Origin: a virus
Lineage: Duplodnaviria; Heunggongvirae; Uroviricota; Caudoviricetes
DNA: 45,850 nt
Virus record (IMG/VR): IMGVR_UViG_650377933_000003
Strand: one strand, 5' to 3'
Each line of letters begins with the position of its first letter. The stretch's first letter is position 1. The position numbers and the translations under genes were made by a program. Of the stretch, positions 31,501 to 40,252 are shown piece by piece. Below the pieces are notes generated by a model. The model saw only the letters and a program-made list of their open reading frames with translations. It did not search any database and was not told the origin of the DNA.

Positions 31501-31800
31501 TCTACATTCCTTAACTTGAGCCTTTCGGCATAAATGGTTTGCATAACAGAAACGACTTCGTACTTAATTGGAGAGACTCAAAGAAGGAATAAGTGAATAA
31601 CACCTGAAATGAGAACTGCTTTAGTAAACTACTTCGTATATCGTCTGTTCTTCAAACCGACGCAATCATTAACGCATAGTTGAACATATGAAGCAATGTT
31701 TATTTTAGACATCCAGCCATCTTCAACCCCATCAAAAAACTATAGCTTTCTTCAGGAACGTGTGTATAGTGCGCCAAGTTATCAGTATTAAGGAATTTTT

Positions 31801-32013
31801 TTGTCCCGTAAAATGACAGGAATTGTCAAAACCTTTGACGGCAAAAGCGGCAAGGGTCTTATCACCCCATCCGATGGTCGTATCGATGTCCAGCTTCATG
31901 TTTCAGCGCTCAATCTCCGCGATGCAGAAGAAATTACCACCGGATTACGCGTGGAATTTTGCCGGATAAATGGTCTGCGTGGCCCTTCAGCTGCCAATGT
32001 TTACCTTTCATGA
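31801..32013 (+). CDS. cspF: Cold-shock-domain protein, CspF/CspH-like
   Basis: 70 aa; [23 protein letters not shown]... Confidence 0.8.
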
Positions 32014-32292
32014 GCTATATTAAAGCTTTAATTTCAGGCCCCATCGGATCACACATGGAGAGTTTTTATGAATAACCCCGTCTGTCTTGATGACTGGTTG
32101 ATTGGCTTTAAAAGCTTATGCTGTACTTTGGCCGTAATAGCTCTGCTAATAATATAATAAGCAGACTCATTGTGTTTAGGGACATTGTACTGGAAGAAAA
32201 CATTTTAAACATCAGGCAAATAACCAAGTCACCAGCTAAATAATAAGTTAACAGACATGAGTCCCGGGATGAGATTCAACATTACCATTGCC

Positions 32293-32325
32293 CCATTTAA
32301 AGCACAAAACCCGCTCATCAGCGGG
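32293..32325. terminator. GC hairpin with T-run, candidate tR'-like terminator downstream of Q (bidirectional)
   Basis: AAAACCCGCTCATCAGCGGGTTTTCTACTTTTT, about 110 bp downstream of the Q stop on the minus strand. Confidence 0.45.
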
Positions 32326-32434
32326 TTTTCTACTTTTTCTTAACGTCGGGTATACAAAGCCCATCGTTGAAAAAATTTTATCCATATTTTTTGAAAAATG
32401 CAAACATCATGTCGCCATCTTCAGCAAAAATCAT

Positions 32435-33187
32435 TTATCTCGTCACCTTCCTCAATTGCGCTTCCGCGTATGCTTCTTCCTGCCAGCACTTTGTTACCAG
32501 TTTATCAATGACGTCCGCATACCCTTTATACCACTGATAATCGGTCAGGTCTGGTACCAGCTTCTGGACATGACGTCGTGCCAGCGTGGTCGGTAAACGA
32601 CTAAACCGGTTTCCATTACAACGCCCACAAATCTTATATACCGGTACGCCATGAAACCGGGTTCTTTTTTCATCCAGAACAATCCCTTTACCCTTACACC
32701 CTCTGCACGCTGTGCTGACTTCGCCCTTACCATGGCAATGCTGACATAGTTCCTTCACCCATTCTTCCTTGATTACAGATTCCCCGCATCTGTAGTGTTT
32801 CACCACTTCGCGCAATACATTATAAAATCCCGTACCTGAACAATGCTCACAGCGAGCCTTACTTGCCGCAGACCTGGAGTAATCAGCAAAGGCAAAATTC
32901 ACGAGGTAAGGAATAATCTGTAACCGGATTTCTTCACTCAATTTGTTCAATGTCGGGTTATCCAGTGCCATCGCGTAATTTAGCAGGCCTTCAATCGCAA
33001 ACTGAGAGTCCTGAACACCAACTTTTGCCAGAAATAAGGCCAACCCAAGTGGTGCTTTCGACTGCACCATCCCCTGCGCTGCCATTACATCCGTAATTGT
33101 TAAACAACCGGTGCCTGTCGCTGGAGCGTCATCGCTCAATTTTGGAGATTTTGGGGAGTAATATTTTGGTAAGGCTTCAAGGTTCAT
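32435..33187 (-). CDS. Late-gene antiterminator Q (phage 82/Qin QuuQ-like), zinc-binding
   Basis: 250 aa with multiple CxxC clusters (CEHCSGTG, CQHCHGKG, CRGCKGKG, CGRCNG) in the expected position upstream of the lysis region. Confidence 0.8.
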   Translation of the reverse strand: MNLEALPKYYSPKSPKLSDDAPATGTGCLTITDVMAAQGMVQSKAPLGLALFLAKVGVQDSQFAIEGLLNYAMALDNPTLNKLSEEIRLQIIPYLVNFAFADYSRSAASKARCEHCSGTGFYNVLREVVKHYRCGESVIKEEWVKELCQHCHGKGEVSTACRGCKGKGIVLDEKRTRFHGVPVYKICGRCNGNRFSRLPTTLARRHVQKLVPDLTDYQWYKGYADVIDKLVTKCWQEEAYAEAQLRKVTR

Positions 33188-33200
33188 GCTCGTTCTCCAC

Positions 33201-34289
33201 TTACGCCAGTACGCCAGTTGCCAGCGCGCGATCGATAAAACGAAATATCAGCTCCAGTTGGGAGCCATACTTCTCTTCAAATGCCACTGTATCCGTATGC
33301 AGCTCGTTGTGATGCTTTCTGCACAAAGGCAACACAAAGAGATCATGTGCTTTTGTTCCCATTCCGCCCTGCCCGTGACCAATCAGATGATGCGGATCGT
33401 CGGCTGGCATACCGCAGCAAGCACACGGCTGTGTCTTAACCCAACGTGTGTATTTCTCCTTAACCCAGCGGCGACGTTTAGGCAGCTTCATGAAAGATTC
33501 CGGAGACTCTGGATCAACGGTGATGATTACCACCGTCTTTTCCTGTGGTGGTTTTTGTTGCTGGTGGGCGTAAGGCAACGGTGCAAGATTTTTTGTGCGT
33601 TGTTTCAATATGCTGGTGGCGGTCTGCTCTCCCGGTACGATGTCGCTTTCGCGGTACACCGAGCAGATTTTTTCCGCTGGTAATCCCAGCGAACGACGCG
33701 ATACAGCCTCAGGTAGTGCATCCACCACCTGATTGCAGACCGCCCACCAGGATAATTCAGCCAAAGATAATTCCCGCTCCTGCGTACCGCTTATTGCGTG
33801 ACGGATGACGTCAATCACCCATGCTGTCAGATTTTGTTGAGCAAGCAGCTCCAGTGATTCCGATGTCTGGTCACGCAGTTGGTTGTCGCAGTGCCAGCAC
33901 AACACCATTGCGCCGGTACCATAACGGTGAATGACTGTTTCAGTGTGATGGTAATCGCCATTAGGCCACTGGCAGGATGTAACATGACGTAATAGCCAGT
34001 CGGACAATGCGCCAACGCCGCCAGCAGCACGAATCACCCGTTCGTTACTAAAAAACGGCAGCAATGTTTTGTCTTCCGCCAGCGGCTGGCGAACGGCAGG
34101 AACGACTCCGGATGGCAGATTACGCATGCTTTTTGGTTCCGGTTCCACCAGCACTCGAGGATTATGAAATATCTGTATGGATTCACGGCCCGGCTTAAGG
34201 ACCACCAGCCCAAGCTCAGGCACCAGAACAGGTCTAAGTAATACCCGCACGTTACCTCCAGATCCGTTGCTGGAAAGTGCGGGACGCAC
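33201..34289 (-). CDS. ydfU: DUF968-type protein (YdfU-like) with C-terminal HNH-like Cys/His motif
   Basis: 362-aa ORF; C-terminus CACCGMPADDPHHLIGH...CRKHHNELH; precise start uncertain. Confidence 0.65.
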   Translation of the reverse strand: MRPALSSNGSGGNVRVLLRPVLVPELGLVVLKPGRESIQIFHNPRVLVEPEPKSMRNLPSGVVPAVRQPLAEDKTLLPFFSNERVIRAAGGVGALSDWLLRHVTSCQWPNGDYHHTETVIHRYGTGAMVLCWHCDNQLRDQTSESLELLAQQNLTAWVIDVIRHAISGTQERELSLAELSWWAVCNQVVDALPEAVSRRSLGLPAEKICSVYRESDIVPGEQTATSILKQRTKNLAPLPYAHQQQKPPQEKTVVIITVDPESPESFMKLPKRRRWVKEKYTRWVKTQPCACCGMPADDPHHLIGHGQGGMGTKAHDLFVLPLCRKHHNELHTDTVAFEEKYGSQLELIFRFIDRALATGVLA

Positions 34290-34530
34290 GTGGTGGGCGT
34301 TCGGAATAAGGCAGCCTGACAGAGATTATCCAGTACCGATAGTCGAGACTGAGAGCTTTCTTAACCTCGAACCCGCGCCTGCGGTAAGAATGAATCAGCC
34401 ATTCGGCCTGTTCTGCAGTGCATGGAGGGTGCTGGAACCATTCAGACTTGAATGCGTGAGAATACCGCCCGTGCGTGCAGGCAAGAACGGGCGAATTATC
34501 AGAATTGTAATATTTTGCGTTGCGTGCCAT
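34252..34530 (-). CDS. Hypothetical protein (92 aa)
   Basis: ORF overlapping the annotated 5' end of the DUF968 gene; may be real or an N-terminal extension artefact. Confidence 0.35.
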   Translation of the reverse strand: MARNAKYYNSDNSPVLACTHGRYSHAFKSEWFQHPPCTAEQAEWLIHSYRRRGFEVKKALSLDYRYWIISVRLPYSERPPRASRTFQQRIWR

Positions 34531-34596
34531 CGGTTTTCTCCGGTGGCACGGTGTTACTCAGCGGGAGTTCAGCCCCGCGCAAGATTGTAGATGAGT

Positions 34597-34848
34597 TTAT
34601 TCTCCTGAAAAAGCAGAAAAGCCAGCTTTTATTCCGATCTCTTTCAATGCCTGTAATGAAGTGACAAACTCACCTTCGCGCAAGATAAATCCGTCCGTGA
34701 CCCGAGCATCCACAAAATTAATTAACGCAGCCCCATTCTTTCGCAAACACATAATGCGGTAATGACTAACAAGATTTCCATTTTCAACGCACACAGCATA
34801 GAGGCCATCTTCACAAAAAATTTTACGCAGTTCTTCGATGTTCATCAT
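34597..34848 (-). CDS. Hypothetical protein (83 aa), possibly Rem-like by position and size
   Basis: Sits between the DUF968 gene and hok, where the recalled K-12 Qin gene rem (83 aa) lies; sequence identity not verifiable. Confidence 0.4.
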   Translation of the reverse strand: MMNIEELRKIFCEDGLYAVCVENGNLVSHYRIMCLRKNGAALINFVDARVTDGFILREGEFVTSLQALKEIGIKAGFSAFSGE

Positions 34849-34960
34849 CAGAATCCTTCCGGATAATTAGCTCTCCCCTTTAAGGGACCATCCCTCTTAT
34901 CCCTGCGCGCTACTTAAGTATTTTTGATTCTATTCCGGCACCGTCCAGAACTTCAAACGC

Positions 34961-34990
34961 GTTGAAAATAAAAACAAAAACCCGCCGAAG
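34961..34990 (-). terminator. Rho-independent terminator at the 3' end of the hok transcript
   Basis: Minus strand reads AACCCGCTTCGGCGGGTTTTTGTTTT, about 75 bp downstream of the hok stop. Confidence 0.55.
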
Positions 34991-35064
34991 CGGGTTAAGT
35001 GCGGGTGCGTTGAGGATGCCTGACACATCAGAGGTGGCGAGGGATTTCTCCCTCGCCGGGTCTC

Positions 35065-35220
35065 TTACTCCTCAGGTTCGTAAGCTGTGAAGACAGCGAC
35101 CTCCGTCTGGCCGGTTCGGATTCGTACCTCGCAGAGGTCTTTCCTCGTTACCAGTGCCGTCACTATGACGGTTAAACAGATGACGATCAGGGCGATTAAC
35201 ATCGCCTTTTGCTGCTTCAT
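35065..35220 (-). CDS. hokD: Hok-family membrane toxin (HokD/RelF-like, 51 aa), type I toxin-antitoxin
   Basis: MKQQKAMLIALIVICLTVIVTALVTRKDLCEVRIRTGQTEVAVFTAYEPEE matches recalled HokD; conserved hok mRNA-like flanks. Sok antisense RNA and mok were not mapped. Confidence 0.85.
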   Translation of the reverse strand: MKQQKAMLIALIVICLTVIVTALVTRKDLCEVRIRTGQTEVAVFTAYEPEE

Positions 35221-35492
35221 AGCCTGCTTCTCCTTGCCTTTCGGCACGTAAGAGGCTAACCTACATGTGTCTAGCATGAAATTGGCCTCAGATTAATGTT
35301 AAGCGTCTTGCAGGACGCGTAATGTTAACTGGGGCTTTTCTCTATCTGCCTTTGGTGTTCATGCCCGAGGCAGATAGCCTCAAGCACCCGCAGCCATTCT
35401 ACTTAACTACCTTTACCTCGCCAATATGAAATCAGTCAGAAAGACGATCCATAAGAACAATAGCAAGATTTCTTAATGGAGATGGATGTAAG

Positions 35493-36980
35493 CTAAATAT
35501 TTTGGCTCGGTCTGCTTTCTATTAAATGCAACCTGTATTTTAAAGCATGATGTGTCCTAAACTCATTTTGTAGATTAATTTTTAAGTTAGGCAAACTACT
35601 TACGTATTCCCATCTACCTTGTTTTTTTTGTCCGATAAGTGAGTTATCAAACAGGAAGTTGATATATTGACGTATCACCCCATCAGAAATACCTGCAAAT
35701 TCATTACGGCACTTCTCGGAGAAATCATTAAAATCGAATGTTTCTACTTGGATAGTTTGAAGAACAGTTAGTAAGTTCTCAATTTCAGGGAATTGGTTGG
35801 ACCATTCATCAATCACCTCATTGTACACACTTATAGATGCTTCACGGTCAGCTTCATAAAGCTCATTGGAAGTGTAAAGACCTGAGACATTATTTTTATG
35901 ACATGCCCTAATTTTGTTGAAGTAGACAATAATATCCCTAGGCCTAAAGAAAGAACGGCGACATATATATTTAAATGGAGGAGTCCCCTGCCTAACGAAT
36001 GAAACCTCAAATACTTTCCCAGATCTGTCCTTTTCGTCATCTAATATGAGATCATTAGGTTTGTATTTCTTTATCCTCTCATAATACATATCGTTTAGAT
36101 TATTTTCATTCCATGAGATTATGATAGCACTATCTTGCAATAATTTGTTTTTATCATTGAATTTCAAAGAATGATAAATATCCGTTCGTAGGAAGGGAAT
36201 GACTTTTAATTTATCATTGAGGCGTTCATCAGATGCTATGTTTCTACAGACATTTAGCAGATTTATTAAAACCTTACTATATTCTTCAATTTGCCCCTCT
36301 AGCCAGTTTTCGTCTAATTGGTCAAGGGCGATAATTATTTTTTCATTACCAATGTTATCTTTAAAAATTTTTTCAAAATACGTAAGCAATGTGAAAGCAT
36401 TAGCTCTTAGCTTTTGCTTTAGCTGAGCATTCTCAGCAACTTCCTCTAACGAAATTTCACCTGCGTCCAATGATACTTCATTAAGACCAGCACTGGGCCC
36501 TTTTATGGTTTTTAATCTGGTTATTTTTGAAAACAAAACCTCCCTAAGAGTTGGGTCGGGACTACCAAAGATAGTTTTGATATAATTATGTGCCCACGTT
36601 AGATCTTTGTTTAAAGTCTCTCCAGCATCATTTTTTATTTCAATAAGTTTAGATAATGCCTTAATATAAAAAAGATACATCCAACTTTTTTGATAAGCGG
36701 AAAGTTCTCCAGCCATTGCATCCTTGTAAAGTTGATGGGCTGGCCATGGATAGTCACTAAAATTTAGACATACTGAGTAAAACCCGTTGAGATTGGCTGG
36801 TTTTCCTCTTCTAAGGTGTTCATAAATGGCTGTTTTACCAGTACCTTTTCTTCCAAGAACCAACCAAGCCCTACTTTCAATAATATCCTTTATCGCCGGT
36901 AGCTTAAAAAAATAGGTCTGTAAGTCCCGATCTGTTTCTGCTGAAACTTGAAATTCTGGTAGCCAGTCTCTAATGTCCAC
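35493..36980 (-). CDS. P-loop NTPase of unassigned family (495 aa), NACHT/STAND-like Walker motifs; candidate defense cargo
   Basis: Walker A LVLGRKGTGKTAIY (aa about 41-54); Walker B-like KIIIALDQLDENW (aa about 214-226); GTG start with AAGAGGA 5 nt upstream; gene and flanks visibly AT-rich versus neighbouring phage genes. Confidence 0.8.
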   Translation of the reverse strand: MDIRDWLPEFQVSAETDRDLQTYFFKLPAIKDIIESRAWLVLGRKGTGKTAIYEHLRRGKPANLNGFYSVCLNFSDYPWPAHQLYKDAMAGELSAYQKSWMYLFYIKALSKLIEIKNDAGETLNKDLTWAHNYIKTIFGSPDPTLREVLFSKITRLKTIKGPSAGLNEVSLDAGEISLEEVAENAQLKQKLRANAFTLLTYFEKIFKDNIGNEKIIIALDQLDENWLEGQIEEYSKVLINLLNVCRNIASDERLNDKLKVIPFLRTDIYHSLKFNDKNKLLQDSAIIISWNENNLNDMYYERIKKYKPNDLILDDEKDRSGKVFEVSFVRQGTPPFKYICRRSFFRPRDIIVYFNKIRACHKNNVSGLYTSNELYEADREASISVYNEVIDEWSNQFPEIENLLTVLQTIQVETFDFNDFSEKCRNEFAGISDGVIRQYINFLFDNSLIGQKKQGRWEYVSSLPNLKINLQNEFRTHHALKYRLHLIESRPSQNI

Positions 36981-37297
36981 ATTTTCCTCTTTACATTACA
37001 TTACCTTTATGTTTTTCCAAAATAAATCAAAGTCATATGGCGTATCAAGTTTTTTTGATTATTTATGAGCTCATACTCAAAAAAATACTAAATCTAATTT
37101 ATCTTACGTTAACTAAAGATTTCATATGTTAGTATGCTCAAGCAATGCTACTGCTGGAGTCTGATGATATCCGTTATACACTAATTGCCACGCACACAAG
37201 CGACATCAGTTCATGGCACAAAGCAGACAACCACGCTACCTCTACCCTATGCCATGAAAATGTCAATTTACATCTTAACTAATGCACTTTAATCTCG

Positions 37298-37720
37298 TCA
37301 CTTAAATAGATACCGAACATTTCCCTGATAAAACGACAATATGCGCTGCATAACTTCGCTCTTCCGGCACTCGCGACAGATTATGTTTAGACGACTGTCG
37401 TAGCGACGTATTTCTCCATCAGGTAGTGACCAGATAAGGTCCGGATCAACCACAGCGGGTTTCTTCACCTTCGCCCTAGAGAGTTTTTTGCGGGCATTTT
37501 GCCAGTCCTTTCGTGCCTGTTCAGACGGGAATAACCCGTAGCCGGAGTTGTATACATAACCACTGGCAACCAGCTCTCTGGCAAGAATGCTCATCAGATA
37601 TCTTGTCGCACCTGTTTTAGCTTCCAACTGTCGTAATGTCTCGCGACCGCTCTGGCGCACAAGTTCGACCACCTGCTCTTTAATTTTTTCCCGCTCTTCC
37701 TGTGTAAAAACTTTTGCCAC
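37298..37720 (-). CDS. Hypothetical protein (140 aa) with winged-helix-like segment, downstream of the replication initiator
   Basis: GTG start with AAGGAGG 5 nt upstream; segment RETLRQLEAKTGATRYLMSILARELVASGYV resembles a wHTH; basic C-terminal half. Confidence 0.5.
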   Translation of the reverse strand: MAKVFTQEEREKIKEQVVELVRQSGRETLRQLEAKTGATRYLMSILARELVASGYVYNSGYGLFPSEQARKDWQNARKKLSRAKVKKPAVVDPDLIWSLPDGEIRRYDSRLNIICRECRKSEVMQRILSFYQGNVRYLFK

Positions 37721-37760
37721 AAGTCCTCCTTAAAATTACCTCATGACCTGAAATCAACAC

Positions 37761-38726
37761 TTATCCCCTGAAACCAGGCGGAATTTCTGTATCCGGTTCA
37801 GAAATATGATTCACACAACGCTGTACAGGTGAACGTCCCAAGCGGATGACCAGTTCGTCCCATTTTTCGCGGAGTTTTGACGGGCTCATGATGTTTTTTA
37901 CCCAGAATGGATCTCGCTGTACCCGACCAAACATTTCGCAAATTTGTCTGTGGCTTCTGCCATCCAGCATCCGCATTGTGCGCACGTCATTGGCCCAGGC
38001 TGTCCAGTTAGGCTCTTTTGGTCGCATGATCTCTCCATCGTCGCTGGCAGCCTGTTCGTAAAGATTCACGATCCGCCCCCAAATCCACTGCGCACACGCC
38101 AAATCCTCCCTGCTACCCCACTGGCGTTTTTTCGCACTAAACACAACCGCGTCGGGGTTCCGGGTTAAAAAATCCTGTTCAGCGGTCTGCGGGTCCGGTT
38201 GCGAAGCTTCCGGACGAAAAGTGTTTTTATTCTCTGTAGTAATCTCTGTTGTATTCTCTGTAAGATCATCAGGCCATTTTGACCCGATGACATTGGGTCG
38301 TTTTGAACCAATGGAGCGTTTCATTTTGACCTCTTCCATCGTGTCATTTTGACCTGATGGAGCGGCGCATTTTGAACCGATGGATTCGTTCAATTTGCCA
38401 CCATCTAAAAGCTCGCTCCCATAGTTGATCGTGTAGAAATTGGTCATATCGCGCTTTGATTTATTGAGCTTTTCACAACGCAAAAGCCCCAGCGTTTTCA
38501 GACTTGCAAACGCGCGCTTTAACGTTGACTCTGACCAGAATGGGAACTGTTCCAGCCATTGTTCCGTTGTGTTGTAAATCCAGCGAACACCATCACATTC
38601 CATGCCGGAATTGGTATCTCTCAACCAGTAATGCAACTGCTGCAACACAATGGCTTCATTTAAGCCAATCTTCATCGCAAGCTGTGTGTTTATAACCAGT
38701 GGGCGTTCAGCAAAAAGAAGGCTCAT
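37761..38726 (-). CDS. Replication initiator (lambda O-like replisome-organiser N-terminal domain) containing in-gene iterons
   Basis: N-terminal ...PLVINTQLAMKIGLNEAIVLQQLHYWL... is typical of phage replisome organisers; internal repeated peptide IGSK corresponds to DNA iterons. Start at the ATG at 38726 (ORF track extends to a TTG at 38780). Confidence 0.7.
   Translation of the reverse strand: MSLLFAERPLVINTQLAMKIGLNEAIVLQQLHYWLRDTNSGMECDGVRWIYNTTEQWLEQFPFWSESTLKRAFASLKTLGLLRCEKLNKSKRDMTNFYTINYGSELLDGGKLNESIGSKCAAPSGQNDTMEEVKMKRSIGSKRPNVIGSKWPDDLTENTTEITTENKNTFRPEASQPDPQTAEQDFLTRNPDAVVFSAKKRQWGSREDLACAQWIWGRIVNLYEQAASDDGEIMRPKEPNWTAWANDVRTMRMLDGRSHRQICEMFGRVQRDPFWVKNIMSPSKLREKWDELVIRLGRSPVQRCVNHISEPDTEIPPGFRG
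38275..38402. repeat. Iteron array (about six copies of CATTTTGA[C/A]C at roughly 23-24 bp spacing), putative phage origin
   Basis: Direct repeats at about 38275, 38299, 38322, 38345, 38369 and 38391, inside the initiator gene. Confidence 0.65.
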
Positions 38727-39228
38727 AATTCCATCCAGCTTTTTGTTGGTATTGCAGTCGATACGCAAGTTTGAAAGCAATTGCTTTTTCTATAAGTTCG
38801 TCAGTTTCACGATCCACTACGGCAGGATCAGCAAAAAGCAGTCCGGACTCCACCACATCGCCATATTCTTTGTTTAACCCGGCGATCATGTACGTGATGC
38901 TTTTTCCGTCACTAATTTCACGATACAACCTGAAATCATTAATCCGGATAGCCTCCATAATTGCAGGCACTAGCGCCGTGAACTTTTCACGCTTATCCCT
39001 AGTGTCGATAGCCTTCCAGCGTTCGAATATCTTCACTCGATTAACGCCAAGCGCTCGCTGATCAACCGCGCCACCTTCATCTGTGACACGCTGAACATCG
39101 ATGTTCGGGCGCTCTTTCAAAGCCCAGAATGCTTCAGTGATTAATATCGTCGCCTGCTCCTGTGTCATTCCTGGTCGACATATCCAGGCATCCAGAGCCT
39201 CACGAGCCTGTTCAGGAGTGATTTTCAT
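38707..39228 (-). CDS. Hypothetical early-region protein (173 aa) between dicC and the replication initiator
   Basis: ORF with ATG start and small overlaps with both neighbours; CII/YdaT-like position; no homolog recognised. Confidence 0.5.
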   Translation of the reverse strand: MKITPEQAREALDAWICRPGMTQEQATILITEAFWALKERPNIDVQRVTDEGGAVDQRALGVNRVKIFERWKAIDTRDKREKFTALVPAIMEAIRINDFRLYREISDGKSITYMIAGLNKEYGDVVESGLLFADPAVVDRETDELIEKAIAFKLAYRLQYQQKAGWNYEPSFC

Positions 39229-39439
39229 TGTTCAACCGCCCCGCCCGCTTCGTCTTACGATATTCGTCATAAACTTTGGGATCATACTGAAGCTCCCCGC
39301 CAGATGCCTCCTGTAGACGCATCGCGCGACCTTCAGGAACCAGTATCCCCCAAGCAGCAACACTTGCCAGTCTCACTCCTGCGGCATTGGCAAGCTTTGT
39401 TTTGCTGCCAAAAAAAGTAATTGCGTCAGCTTTAAGCAT
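39212..39439 (-). CDS. dicC: Cro-like repressor DicC
   Basis: ATG at 39439 with AGGAGG upstream; MLKADAITFFGSKTKLANAAGVRLASVAAW...RAMRLQEASGGELQYDPKVYDEYRKTKRAG matches recalled DicC. Confidence 0.85.
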   Translation of the reverse strand: MLKADAITFFGSKTKLANAAGVRLASVAAWGILVPEGRAMRLQEASGGELQYDPKVYDEYRKTKRAGRLNNENHS

Positions 39440-39452
39440 CAAAGCCTCCTAT

Positions 39453-39470
39453 TGTTAGACTTTTCTAACA
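39453..39470. promoter_or_regulatory. Inverted-repeat operator-like site in the dicC-dicA divergent promoter region
   Basis: TTGTTAGAC TTT TCTAACA: palindromic arms TGTTAGA / TCTAACA. Confidence 0.5.
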
Positions 39471-39519
39471 TTATTGTGCGCGGGATACCTAAGTCAAGAA
39501 AAATTAGAATTACCTAACT

Positions 39520-39927
39520 ATGGATACAAGAACCCTAGGCCAGCGAGTTCTGGCGCGACGAAAAGAATTACGCTTAACACAACGAGAAGCTGCGCGCCTC
39601 GCTGGGGTTGCTCACGTCACAATTTCACAATGGGAAAGAGACGAAACCCAGCCAGTCGGAAAACGATTGTTTGCTTTAGCGGATGCTCTGAAGTGCTCAC
39701 CTACATGGCTAATGTTTGGTGACGAAGACAAGGCACCAGTGCCGGCACAAGAACTTCATGTGGAAACAGAGCTAACTCCCAACCACAAAGAATTGATCGA
39801 ATTATTCGATGCTCTTCCATCTTCCGAGCAGGAAGCCTTGCTGTCTGAAATGCGCGCAAGAGTAGAAAACTTCAACAAACTCTTCGAAGAAATGCTTAAA
39901 GCGCGTAAAAATAAATCAATAAAATAA
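39520..39927 (+). CDS. dicA: CI-like repressor DicA (XRE-family HTH)
   Basis: 135 aa; HTH LTQREAARLAGVAHVTISQWERDETQP; C-terminus ...LSEMRARVENFNKLFEEMLKAR like recalled DicA. Confidence 0.9.
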   Translation: MDTRTLGQRVLARRKELRLTQREAARLAGVAHVTISQWERDETQPVGKRLFALADALKCSPTWLMFGDEDKAPVPAQELHVETELTPNHKELIELFDALPSSEQEALLSEMRARVENFNKLFEEMLKARKNKSIK

Positions 39928-39962
39928 CATTCTTTTCAAGTGATTAGTTGCGCCCACTCTTT

Positions 39963-39982
39963 TTGTTAGACTAATCTAACAA
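39963..39982. promoter_or_regulatory. Second operator-like perfect palindrome, downstream of dicA and upstream of the ydfA-dicB operon
   Basis: TTGTTAGA CTAA TCTAACAA: 8-bp perfect arms, same half-site as the 39453 site. Confidence 0.55.
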
Positions 39983-40095
39983 AAAATACTTGCCTCTTAT
40001 GTTAGGTTATTCTAAATTACTTTCCATCAAGACACCGCACGGTGTTCTCAGCAAACAGTTCCGCTACCCCGGCGTTAAGGGGAAATGAGGTCAGC

Positions 40096-40251
40096 ATGGA
40101 TACTATCGATCTTGGCAACAGCGAATCTCTGGTGTACGGCGTGTTTCCAAACCAGGACGGCACGTTCACCGCAATGACGTATACCAAAAGCAAAACGTTT
40201 AAAACCGAAAATGGTGCCCGTCGCTGGCTGGAAAGAAACTCAGGTGAGTGA
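40096..40251 (+). CDS. ydfA: YdfA-like small protein (51 aa)
   Basis: MDTIDLGNSESLVYGVFPNQDGTFTAMTYTKSKTFKTENGARRWLERNSGE matches recalled YdfA; GAGG upstream. Confidence 0.8.
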   Translation: MDTIDLGNSESLVYGVFPNQDGTFTAMTYTKSKTFKTENGARRWLERNSGE

Positions 40252-40252
40252 T

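Noticed and set aside
35221-35277. In-frame N-terminal extension of hok in the ORF track (70 aa)
   Set aside because: Hok proteins are about 50 aa and the MKQQKAM start matches recalled HokD; the extension starts at a non-ATG codon and probably reflects the upstream leader/mok overlap region.
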